From NCBI GenBank assembly GCA_028534125.1, contig CM052817.1, positions 90,522,001-90,586,000 of the forward strand: a DNA stretch of 64,000 bases, given 5' to 3'. The notes under the pieces are model-generated. The model was not told where the DNA came from and ran no database searches. It worked only from the letters and a program-made list of their open reading frames with translations. Below, one piece after another: positions 52,421-64,000 of the stretch (within the stretch, counting starts at the first letter, position 1; every line of letters starts with the position of its first letter). The position numbers and the translations under genes were made by a program. Origin of the DNA: Lama glama. Its lineage: Eukaryota.

Positions 52421-52517
52421 CAAAACAATAACAGCTGGTAGAGGCGTGTGCTTGCGGACGTGAATCATGGAGAGGATTTCTGGAAGGTGACCCTCTCGAG
52501 ATGCGACATAGAATAAC
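52421..52517 (-). CDS. SLC7A11: SLC7A11 coding exon (exon 9), 97 bp
   Basis: Translates (R)[35 protein letters not shown] acceptor at 52518-52520, GTAATG donor. Confidence 0.97.
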
Positions 52518-53326
52518 CTGATGGGAGAAAAATGGGGGTGGAGTTGACTGTGCAATTGATCATTTCAAAGGTGAAAAAAAATCCAGAAATCTAAGAGAAA
52601 ACTTGCATCTTCTTCACATGAAATGGCTGGATATTACTTAGGTGGTTACTTAGACTTCACTTTTCAGCTAAGGGAGAGTACATCATGAGAAATCTGCCTT
52701 AGAACTGTATAAAATAGGCCAAAATCTGGCAAGATTCTTTGGGGAGAAACAATAGCAACCTCTAGCTCAACACAGCTCAGCCTGTGTATAAACAGCTGAT
52801 GGTGAATTTAGTTCCAGGTTCCTAGAATCGCATGTGTATTGTTAATTCAGTCCAACCCAACACATGTACACACACAGATTTATCTGATCAAGTTTTAATC
52901 ATGTTAAAACAAAAGGCACTTCTGCATCAAACAGAAGGGATACAGATGGTGGGCTGGTGATTTGTGATGTCTCTTACTTTACTTTTTTTCTTGTCACTTT
53001 TAGAGAAACAAAAGATTTTATCACCAGAAACAAAATGCTGTTGTTAAACTGCAGACACACAATTAACCCCCCCCAAAAAAACCCCAACCCCCCAAACTCC
53101 CCAAAACTTCATGCCTGACTTCAAAGTAGGCTATGAGTAAACATGCAGTGCCCTCTAATGGACAGAGCAGGAAGTGCGGCTGATACTTGGAGGAAGACTT
53201 CACGTTGCCTGTCCCTTTAAAAACAACAGGCATGGAGGCACTATTTCTTTTCCTTTGAAACCTATCCTTACTACATCCAGTCTCCAAAACAGAAATGTGT
53301 TGCTAGAAATGCTTGAACTCACTCAC

Positions 53327-53430
53327 CTGGAGACAGCAAACACACCACCATTCATGGAGCCAAAGCAGGAGAGGGCAACAAAGATCGGAACTGCTAATGA
53401 GAGATTTCCCAGGAGCCGCTCAGAAAAGGT
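53327..53430 (-). CDS. SLC7A11: SLC7A11 coding exon (exon 8), 104 bp
   Basis: Translates [34 protein letters not shown](R). TAG acceptor and GTGAGT donor (53321-53326); phase matches the flanking exons. Confidence 0.97.
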
Positions 53431-54822
53431 CTAGTGAAACACAGAATGAAGCAAATTAATGCTTTGCCAGAAAGTGGAATAAAATGAAACAATTTAGGCC
53501 AAACTCACTCTATGACTTTCTGTTCACTTGGTGATATGCGTATGTTTTATAATCCTTCTTTTGAGTTAGGGTCAGACTAACCTCTTAAGACAATAATCAA
53601 AGGCAGGTACTATGTTATTGCTTGTTGCAAAACTATTGGCAATGGTCTAAGCAAGCACCTTATCTCTTTCAAAAAACAGTGATTCATTTATCAAATTTTT
53701 ATCAGCTGCGATATCTATCATCTCTGACTCTGTTAAGTAAAAAAAAAAAAAGCTCGATTCTCCTTTTGGAGACAAAAGTCCTTCTGTGTGTAATACCTTC
53801 TCTTTGGTCTGGAAAGCCACATTTTTAATAGTGAAGTACAATGGTACACTGAGAAGTGTTACTGATACGTGTTTCATTTATCAATTCCACTGTCGTGATT
53901 TAAAAGTGTGGTGAAAAGTAATTGATGACCTAATCCTGTATATCAGAGATGTGAGCAGTTCTGAAAATCTTTTGCCCAGAATAATCACATTAGCTCAATC
54001 TTGGTTTATCGAGTCACTCCTGCCCTCTCAGGTGTCTCTGCCAATTTCTTCTGCAGTTTCCTATTATAAGGCTAAAACACCAAAACAAGTCTGAGGAAAT
54101 CAAGCCACAGAAATATAAAAGATAAACCAAACTTATGACGTTTCCTTTTATTCCCTGGCATGTGCGACACTGCAAATCTTCACGAAGGGTGTATTTTCCA
54201 AAAAAAAAAAAAAACAGGGGACTCTTTACTTGTCCTTGATAAAGCTGGTGCTGTGTAATTAATGGACCACATTACGCTCAAAGAATAAGCGCTGCACTTT
54301 GTCTAGTAAGACGAGATGATGACCCGACATCTGGAAGCTTTGTGCACTGGATTGTCTGGCAGAAGTTACAGCAGTGGGCAAAGTCTTTTCTTCGTACAGT
54401 GAACTCGTACATAGGTTCACATGAAATGAGATAATTTGTTCCCTGTGGATGTTTCTTATATGAGGCAATAGTTACTATTTTAAAAGGAACTGACATCTAG
54501 TGACGGGAAGTTCTTTTTTTTCACCCTTCATTGTTAGAAGGTCATGAATGAATGCTCTCTTACTAGCTAAGTTTTTATACCAAAAAGTGTGTGTCACAGA
54601 ATAGCAGACCCGTAACATGACCTTCGGGAGCAAAGATGGTGCTAAAGTCAAATGAATTTTGGAAAATGCTGTAAAATTATGAGTATTCACTTCTTAGGGA
54701 GTTAAAATGCACATTAGCTTCTATAATATTCTGAGAACTACTGCAGCAATGACATCTGTTTAACTTTGAATAACTCAGTATTTCCCCACACTAATAATAT
54801 CCTAGAACTAGTATTCAAAAGG

Positions 54823-54860
54823 ATATATATATATACATACACACACACACACACACATAC
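54823..54860. repeat. (TA)n(CA)n microsatellite
   Basis: Directly visible. Confidence 0.9.
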
Positions 54861-55326
54861 TAGTAAAAACAAATGTATATGGTCCACTTAGAAATTCTTA
54901 AGTGGTACTTTGGGAAAAAGATTTGAAGTTAGCATCTGAAACGTGTCCAAATAAGAGAGAGCACAGAATAAACTGCAATTTGCATACCCCAAAAGGCATT
55001 TATTTAAACTCAGTAACTGCCCACCTGTCCTTAAAAACTTCTATTCATGATTTCCAATAAAGCCTTCTATTCAACATGTATGTGCGGAAATGTGTTTTCA
55101 AGCACGTAGAGGTGGAAATGTTTTACATGAAATTAACAATACAGAAAAATCATAGAGGATTTTAGTTGTACCAGTTAAACGGAAGATGCCGCGGTGTGTC
55201 CTAAATTTTTTAAATATTCATTATCACTCAGTTCTGCAAAAATTACTGAATTTCAAAACACTAGTATAAAACTGCATCAACTCATTAACCTAAATTCCAG
55301 TTGGCATTTTCCCAACTTCGACTTAC

Positions 55327-55450
55327 CACTGCCACCGCACTGGAAAGCAGCAGTTCCTCAGCACTAATGGTCGTAAAGTAGGCCACGTTTGTGAGCACGT
55401 AGCCAACGGTGACAATGGCCATGGATATACATATGGCAAGGGGGATGGTT
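55327..55450 (-). CDS. SLC7A11: SLC7A11 coding exon (exon 7 by human numbering), 124 bp
   Basis: Minus strand translates (K)[41 protein letters not shown], matching xCT. AG acceptor at 55451-55452, GTAAGT donor at 55321-55326. Absent from the ORF track; translated by hand. Confidence 0.97.
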
Positions 55451-55721
55451 CTGAAATGCACGAAAAATTGCTTGTTAGTCCTCCTTTGCTAGTAATTTCT
55501 CTGAAACCGAAGATATCAGGCTAATTCAAACACAGAATAAAAGGGTGCGGATAATGACAGGCTTTGTTGGGTATGTATGAACACTACATCAGGATGCAGC
55601 ACCACACACTCCTCTGTAATTGAGTGAGGTCCACGAGGGGAGATGCGACATCCGTCTTGTCTCTTGCTCTGCCCGCAGGACATGTGGGTCTGCCCAATTC
55701 TTGCACACTATAAATGCTAGA

Positions 55722-55878
55722 GCAGCGTTTCTCAAACTTGAACATGGAAGGCTTGTTAAAACACAGACTGCTGAGCATATCTCAAGAGTTTCTGATTTGG
55801 GAGGATGTACATTTCCAACAGGTTCCTGAGTGACTCTTACGCTGCTGGCCAGGGGACCATACTCCATGTTCCACTGTC
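55722..55878. mobile_element. MER5A-like hAT MITE
   Basis: cagcgtttctcaaactt...ggcttgttaaaacacagactgctg...agtttctgatt...gctgctggccaggggaccatact. Confidence 0.8.
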
Positions 55879-57480
55879 CTCTATGCCTTTCTAATACTAA
55901 TTCACTTGCCTTGACACCTTTCTAATACTAGTCTCCAGAAAGGTCTTTTGCATTCAGCATTTTCCCCTTCAGTAATTCCCCTTACCATCAAATAAGAGGA
56001 CCCTTTTGGAAGCATGAGAGCAGGATAGACCTACCTTTCTAAATGTAATAACATATAATAATAATTTTGTATCTAACACAAAATAAACACAGATGTGCTC
56101 CCAATAACGACTTTGCACTGCCCTGCTGTGAGTTCAAAGGAGGCTCAAGATCATGAGTATATATTAAAGCAACAGCATAGATAATCCCATGAAATTAGAG
56201 GTGACACGCTGTGAAGTACATATGACCACACAGTGCTGACACCGGGTGGCGTCAAGACATACCCGGTGCAAATGCAATGTTATGTCTTCATTTAATGCAC
56301 TAGGAAAGTCAGGAAGTTACTGACCCTAATAATCTGATCCCATGTTACTAAGACATTACTTGCTGAAAATAATCACCTCTTCAGACTCTTTCCAGTCCAA
56401 GCAACTTAAACCTTCTGCTCCCGGCACAAAGGCTGATGGGTTTTTTAGTCATCCAGCTTATCAGCCCTCATGGAGCCTTAACCCTGCTGGGTGCCACTAA
56501 TGAAGACCTCAATATAATTTCTTACAAGATGAAAATACAGTTCTGAACCAGGGGAAAAAAATAAGCACAGCCTGCCTCGCTCCCCAAGCCGGGTGTGTTG
56601 AGCACATAGTCCCAGCTCATTACACTGAATTCTCTAGCCCCCGTTGAGAACAGGCAAACCCAGCCAGTCAGCAACTGCCATTCATTATGCTGCTTGGAGC
56701 CTGACACTTCCCCCTGATCCCCAAAGCCTTAAGCCTTGATGGGGAAACACACTGACCTCGAAAATCCTGGCATCCTAATAGGAAAGGAGCAGATGTTCCC
56801 TTTCCCCAGTGTGAAGAGGGTCCTGCGGAATTTTCTGTTCACACTGTAACACGCATTGCTCGTTGTGACTGATAAATGCTAAATGTAAGCAAAGGCAATC
56901 ACCGGGCCAATTAAATACACGGGGTAAATGGCAAAAGGCGAATTAAAGATGAATTCTGGTTCTTTGAAAGAAAGGCGCTACATCGGTGTGCTCAGGGCTA
57001 GGAAGAGGAGCATGGGGGTGGGTGAAGCACTCAACCACTCCCTGTATTGTTTTAAACTCAAATCCTTTAGCTTCTCTAACACCCCAAATGGGGTTTTAAG
57101 TTCTTTCCATGGAGGAGAGAAGCAGAGAGAGGGAGGAAGAGACTCAAGAGATTTGCTGACAAGAAGAGGATGAAGACTGCTAATAAAAAGTGGCGGGATG
57201 TATTGTCAAGCGCAGCGAAGTCACCCACCCTGTCCAGGACAGGTGGTACCGTCACATCACATGATGCTGCTAAGAGCCAACTCCGTCTGGAATTGGGCAG
57301 CGGCGTTCCCAGCACAGCATCCCGCCTCTCAGCCCAGCTCTCCCAGGGCAGCCTCCCTGTTTCCCACCCCGAGAGTATGGTCTTTCTGAGAGAGAATTTC
57401 TAAACTGATTTTAGCAGAAGGGATTCTAAAAGAAGTCCAGTCTCCCAGGTTAGTTTCCCTTTCTTTCCGCCCTCAGCTTG

Positions 57481-57511
57481 AAGAAAGAAAGAAAGGAAGA
57501 AAGAAAGAAAG
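57481..57511. repeat. (GAAA)n microsatellite
   Basis: Directly visible. Confidence 0.85.
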
Positions 57512-57569
57512 ACACAACAGCGGCTGCTACTATTAACCCACCATTTTATTAGGTATTGTACATATTTGC

Positions 57570-57745
57570 CCCACTTTATCCTTGGAAAATCCTGTGAGTT
57601 AGGGGCATCATCACTGTTTTATATATGAGGACATGAAGTCTTAGAGAGTTTGCATAACTCTTCAAGGATATACAGCTGGCAAGTGGAAACCCAGAATTCA
57701 GCTGCAGATCGATCCTACCTTGAAGTCAAAGCATCTAAACCACTC
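57570..57745 (-). mobile_element. MIR SINE fragment
   Basis: ttttatatatgaggacatgaagtcttagagag...aggatatacagctggcaagtgg is the reverse MIR core. Confidence 0.7.
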
Positions 57746-58914
57746 AAGTGTAGTGTCTCTCTCTCTCTCTCTTGCATGTGAGTCTCCAAACTTTACTAAT
57801 TTTCAGAGAAATTATAATTGTTGAACATAATGTTTATCGGAAAGCTCTCATCAAGGCTGTATTCCTCATGTCTTCACTGAAAATGCAGTTTCCTGTAGTA
57901 TGAAGGAGGGGAAAATCTATTGCATGATTCTTATAATTTCTCTATATACCATGGACTATAATGTCAGGTGAATGTTTTCAAGAGTTTCAAGGTTTAGGAA
58001 ACATTAGTTTATTTTGAACTTGGCCTTTAAACAGAAGCTCACTGAATAAATTTCCCTAGACAACTTCTATGGAAAAGGAGGACAAGTAAGCATACTTATC
58101 AGACAAGCTAAAAGATTATGAACCATTTTCCTATCAGCCAAATATACTATAGAGATGCTAAAGGGAGAAAAATCAAAGGAGCTTAAAATATAGGATAAAG
58201 AGAAAAAGGCTCTAACCTTGTAGCCAATCATAACAGGCCCAGTCATTCCTCTCTAGGCAAGATTAAGCCATGGGAATTGGAGAGGATGTGACCAAATAGC
58301 CACCTGTCCTTAAGGTTCCATTTCACTTTAACAAAGGGAAGGAGAGGGGTTTGCAGCTGCCTTGGCATAAACAACAATCATGTACCGAGGAAAATAGCTG
58401 ACTTATTCAGGAGGGCTTGGCACTGTGTGAGTAACTCCTGGATTTCAAGCTTCAAAGCTTAAGAGCCACTGGGTGAGCTGATAAAAGCTATTAGGCCATG
58501 CCAGAGCAATCTTTCTGGAGGCTTTAGATGCAGAGGACAGATAAGCACAGTTAGCAACCCAAGATGAAGGCAAATGGCACATGATAATAAAAGGAATTAA
58601 AGGACCTGGTAGGCCACTGATGTTTCAAAGCCCCTGTATTATTGGAAGGTATCCACCAATTCTAAGTGCAACAAAAGCATAGTCTTTAAGCTGAGTAAAA
58701 ATAACTCACATCTATGAGTTCTACTCTTTTCCCAAATGTTTGTGTGTTTTTTAATGATTAATAAGATACTAAGGTACTGAAAACACATACTTAATCCTTA
58801 AGAGCTTTTTGTCATGTGTAGCCTTTTCAGTTAAGTACTAATGCGTGAGACGTAAGCGAGCATCTGATATTTTTATTAGCTACAAATGGTCTTCAATTAA
58901 AAGGTCTTGGATAG

Positions 58915-59067
58915 GCAGGAGAGAGTATAGCTCAAGTGTTGGAACACACGCTTAGCATGTATGAGGGCCTGGGTTCAATCCCCAGCACCTCCTCTAAAAA
59001 TAAATACACAGGCCTAATTACTTCCCCCCACCAAAAAAAAAAATTAAACGAAACTTTAAAAAAGGGA
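58915..59067 (+). mobile_element. tRNA-derived SINE, camelid Vic-1-like, with 16-bp TSD
   Basis: A-box tagctcaagtg, B-box gggttcaatcccc, A-rich tail. TSD aaaaggtcttgKatag at 58899-58914 and 59068-59083. Confidence 0.88.
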
Positions 59068-59404
59068 AAAAGGTCTTGTATAGCCTTCGTGTAGGTTTAT
59101 TTTAAATTGGCATCTATAACTAGTCTATGTCATGCATGGATAAATATTTGTTTTACTTGAAATCATCAAACGGAAGTCTCTGGAACAGCTCCTTAGAAGC
59201 ACTTCCATCCTCAGGGATAGAGCTCCCCAGGAATATAAATGGCCCCAACAGTGACGGCAGGTAGCTTATAGCTGTACAATCTGTGAAGCACTAGCAAATA
59301 GGTTTTATCTCCAAATACACACATTTCATTTCAAATCCTTTGTGGAATAAGATAGAGTATGAACAAACAAAATTCACAACTCCTGAAATAGCAGGTTATA
59401 CCAC

Positions 59405-59525
59405 CATGTTCAAACAAGGGAACCAAGGCTCTGAGAGGTTAAGTGAGGGGCCAAGGTCACAAAAGTAGTAAGTGGGAAAGCTGGAACTTGAACCCAGATC
59501 TTCCAACTCTAAGTTCCACACTCAT
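59405..59525 (-). mobile_element. MIR SINE fragment
   Basis: aaccaaggctctgagaggttaagtga...ccaaggtcacaaaagtagtaagtgg...cttgaacccagatct. Confidence 0.8.
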
Positions 59526-62095
59526 GGCACACCTTATCCATGATATCATGGCTGCTTCGTGCTTCCTTTAACTCGAGGTACTAAGTTCCTAGGATCCTTA
59601 CATGCTGAGAAACATGTATTCTATTTTACATAAATGATACAAATATCAGATGGCTGATAGTCACAATGTGACACATTTTAAACCAAACATATTTTACGTG
59701 CACCTAACAGTCATCACAGATAACCATGCAAATGATGCAGCATTGGATGTAATCTTAATATGCTTCCCAACTATATGATAGAGCATCAGAAATGATCACT
59801 GTGTCCAGGGCTTCACGCTGGCTAAAAAGACTCTTACCATGAAAACCAAAAGAGTAAACCTAGCTTGATTCTCTAGAGAGCTGAGGACATCAGAAGGTTA
59901 AAAGGATTTCCAATATTCAGACCACCTGAGTAATGCTGTAATTACTGGTATTTAGGCTATTCCTAAAATTGTTTTATAACTGGTACAAAATCTTCTGAGA
60001 TTTGTGTGAATCAAAATAAATTTCATACACTCCACGGTGTTGAGTACACACAACGGGGACCACAGAACTCACTGACCGTGGGGCGTCTAAAACTGTCTTC
60101 GAGTCATGGGACTGGGCATGATGATGGTTCTGCTAAAACCTACTCTAGTGTGTTCTGGAATCTTCTAAGAGAAGTAAGTGCGTGATGCTTCACATTTATA
60201 TTTAAAAATCATTACTATTTTAACATGTATTTGGCAGTCAGGAAAAAGGAGGGAGGAGGAAAAACGGGGATTAATAAGGGCAAGAAAATGGAAACTTAAT
60301 ACGTGAGATGCAAAGAAAAAGGAAAACAGTATTTTTCAAAGTATTTTTTAACTCTTTTAGTAAACTGTGGACTATTTGTATGTAATTGAAAGAAAGCTGT
60401 GATTTATTTCCACATAAAGCACTTAAAATTATAAATAACTACCTTCAGATTCTGAGTATTTATTTTACAATCATTCCTATTTCACATTTTCTGTGTAATG
60501 ACCCACAGAGACCTGGAAAGCTTTTCTCTAGATCTGATCCAGAAGTTACTCAAACATCTGCTTCTCTTTTTGATCCACCAATTAATTTTTGCAGAATTAT
60601 TCAGTTCATTTTATTACCACTGCTGTTAATTTTACCTCATTTCTCAAACTTCAGTCAGGTGTGTATCTTAAAGAAGATTTATATTTTTCATTCATACCAT
60701 TTTTTCCCCATACATTTTTACATATGTTCCCTGGTTCTTGCTCACATCAAATTCTCCAGAGACCCCTAGACATGGAACTCTACTCTCTGACTATGTGATT
60801 TCTGGTATTTCTAGCAGGGAATGAATTACGAATAAGTGTTCTTGATAGTCTTCCAGACTTGAAATAATTAGATTACATATGATTGGAATCAAACGAATTG
60901 TTCTGTATGTTTTCAGTGACTTTGCCTCACTGTTACTTAGTGCTATCCCTGAATCTCCAGTTGTACATCGTGAGTGAGACTTGGGTTATTAATAACATTA
61001 CAAAAGAAATGCACTTAAGGCGACACAGCAGGTAGCTGGGGGGAAGGCCTGGGTTGTCACTGAAAGAAAAATGTAGCAAGAAGAATACATTCAATAAACC
61101 TATTTATAAACATTCTTAAAGGTTCATGGTTCATGTTCTAACTTAATGACAATTTCTGGGCCAAGGCTGAACACAGTGATGTGACAAGCAGACTGTCACA
61201 TAAAGGTACACAGTGATCCCACTGATTTCAAGCATTAAACACCTGCCCTCCGCTTCTGACAGCACCAGGGCAGGGCTACGGGGGTTTTCACTGAGATGTT
61301 TTAAATTTCAATACCACTGATGCCTAACCTAAATCTCACCATTTTCCTTTGTCCACAGATGAAGAACCCCATAAACAAAAAGAGAAGACAGAGAGACCTA
61401 TAGGGAGATGTGAGAAATGAACAGACACAGATTAAAAGGTCACAGGCTGAAGGAGGCTCATGGAAAAATGTACACAGATGCAAAAAGGAGAGAGAAAAGT
61501 GCAGAAAAACCACATAGAAAAATAAACTAAAATGGTAACTTACAATCCAGAAACATAGGGTAATAAGCAATCAGAAGCATTAGTATAAGCATTTTTAGCT
61601 CCAGTAATACTTTACTTTTCATCCTACTATTAGAATAAATTCATGCCTAACTAAAATTATTCAGCAAAATGTAGCTTGAAAGTAAATTTTCATTTGCTTG
61701 AATTTCCTACAAACAAAAAAAAATCTGCATTGTCTGCATCTCATTTTTTTCTAATTTTCTAAAGATTTAGAGTGTGTCTTCCAGATGTATTATAGTTATC
61801 CATATTTATCATGGGTGAACGTCAAGATATTAGTAGGCAAGTTGGAGTGTCCAAAAACGAAAACAAAATTGGTTTCCAATAAATGCTAGCAAGTAACTAC
61901 AAAGACAATATAGTTTAATAACAATAAATTACATTTCCACTAATGTCCAACTCTTATTTCTGTTATATTGTTTTTACAGTGTATCTTAGAAAATGTTATC
62001 ATCTTCCTCAGGATTTTGTCTAAAGTATTCTAAGGTAATACAACATCTCAGCAAACCATTTTTCTTTTTTATAACAGAGTTCTGAGATTCAGATA

Positions 62096-62526
62096 TGTGT
62101 GGCTGAGGAAAGAACTACCCACCACAATTTTGTGTTCCTCTTTCCCAAGTATCAGTTATTCCTGGGGAGCAGCGACCCAGGAAGACCAGATTTTCCAGAC
62201 TCTCTGATATCTAGCTGAGAATGTGACTCATTCTTATATGTCAACTGATGTGATAAGTGCAGGCAAGGTGGTTAAAAGGTGTGTTGCCCTGCCCTCCCCG
62301 CCCCCTTCCATAAACTAACAGCTAGTTTCAAAGGCTCTAAAGAGAGGCAAAGCCACGCTGTGGAGGGAATCCGGGCCACAGAATCAACACATGGAAGAAA
62401 GTCCACCAATCAGTTGGGGGCACCAACAGTGGACCATCACGTGATTTAAAAATTCAACTTGCAGTTGTTTAAAGCCATTGAACCTTTATGGTTTGTTGTA
62501 GCAGCTAGTGTTACCCTAACTAATAA
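62096..62526 (+). mobile_element. MLT1-like MaLR LTR
   Basis: Ends 'gtttaaagccattg...tttgttgtagcagctagtgttaccctaactaata'. Confidence 0.7.
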
Positions 62527-64000
62527 AAGAATAAAGGGCCTCATTATATCAAGGCCTTTAGTCAATCTCAGTGAATTAATTTATAGTAGACAAAAAGGGT
62601 CCTCATTAAATTTTACCTTACATGAAATTTTCTGTTTTATAAGAGATCAGTATATGATAGAATGTCTTTAAAAGAATGTCACAAATGACAAAAATCAAAT
62701 TAAAATACATACCACTGAAAAAGTTAGGATAGTGAAAGTCTTCCCAGGAGTAGAGCAAAGACTGATCACTATTTTGAAATATAAAATCTTCTGCACTTCT
62801 GACAATTACCACCAATCCAACAAAGATCATAGCACAACTGCCTTTTGTTTTGGTCAACAATACATAATAAGACAACGCATTATTGAATAAATACACTCTA
62901 CACTGAGAACAAGGCAACATAAAATAAATATACCCACTTTGGCATAGTAAATGGGAATTAGCATCAAAACTCAATCAGGCCATAAACACGTGTCTTAGAA
63001 GGAACTAGTAACACTTCTACTATAAAACCCATAAATCAAATCCAGTCACATTTCTGACCAGCTGTGCGATAAGAAATGGAACAGGTAAATATGGAGACGT
63101 TCAACCATGACAAATGAACTACTGCTTCTACCACCAGACACTGCCTTCAACGTTTGTGACCAACCATCACAAGTGGAATTATTAGTAACCATTTTGCTTT
63201 GATATCTGATGGTCTAGTGGACAGCTGGCCTTCCAACTGGGTGCTCTGGGAATCAGAATGGAAGGTGGACAATTGATCAGATTATAGACTAACCTAATCT
63301 CACTTCAACAAGATCAGTCGTCTCATACTTGCTTTATGTATTGATGTTCCGACAGACAAATGAAGTGATCTAGTGCTTTCAAATGATTTAAAAATCACTC
63401 CATTAGATGGAAGAAGTCATGTCTTTAGGTAACTCTTTGGATTCAATACTGGCTTCCTAAAATAGTTTAAAAAATATATAAACTGGTTTCATAAAATACT
63501 GATAAATGAATGATTATAAAGTTGCATATGTATATATTTGATCCTATACATTTAAAAATAATTTTTCACTGCCACAAATCATATTTATAGGTAATTGAGG
63601 GAATAATTCTTAGTAGGAAGGGTTTGAAGTTGGTTGGGGAGTCAATAGCTCTGGCCTGGCTTTAATCAAGGTGGTAAATCTACATGGCCTGGCCACAGAG
63701 AATGTGCCACTGAGGCCTAATGGAGCCACAGAGAAGGGGAAGATGAGAAGAAATAGAGTTGATGGGCTCAGCACCTTGCCAGCTTAGAGAGACGACACAT
63801 CATTGTCAAGAAAGTGATGATGAAGACTCCTGCTTGGAACAGTTGACAGCTGCCTGCAAAGGGTGCAAAGGCCCCCAGGATGGCGGAACCTCCTGTAAGG
63901 AATCCTCTCCTCTCCTGTTCATTCACAAAGATTCATATTCCCAGCAGAAATGGAAATTGTATCATCCTTAACCTCTCAGCTCAAAAGTTAAATCTTTTGA

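Noticed and set aside
58915..58992. tRNA gene
   Set aside because: Degenerate cloverleaf with A-rich tail and TSD indicates a SINE.
55451..64000. Search for SLC7A11 exon 6 (FYLNFVTEEVENPEK)
   Set aside because: Not found by eye; it should lie beyond the window, so this stretch is treated as intron 6.

Overview
Mammalian genomic DNA, most likely a camelid: it carries a Vic-1-like tRNA-derived SINE and artiodactyl-type L1 3' ends, and I saw no Alu, Bov-A or PRE1. The only supportable protein-coding gene is the 3' part of SLC7A11 (xCT, cystine/glutamate antiporter light chain) on the minus strand. Six GT-AG coding exons lie between 55450 and 38115 (exons 7-12 by human numbering), followed by a ~7.4 kb 3'UTR ending near an AATAAA at 30701-30706. 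Bases 55451-64000 are intron 6; bases 1-30.6 kb are repeat-rich downstream DNA. Nearly all other ORFs in the track are L1 remnants, low-complexity reads or chance. I found no new multi-gene system. The best leads are: (i) a 112-bp, 92%-identical inverted duplication with a fold-back hairpin at its junction; (ii) a solo LTR carrying a perfect NRF2/BACH1 motif downstream of this NRF2 target gene; (iii) a CaaX-like CQKL C-terminus whose codons pair with the 3'UTR across the stop codon; (iv) a duplicated CLEAR/M-box module beside exon 11; (v) two L1 copies that keep both ends but have large internal deletions. Repeat family names and human/mouse comparisons come from recall, not from database searches.
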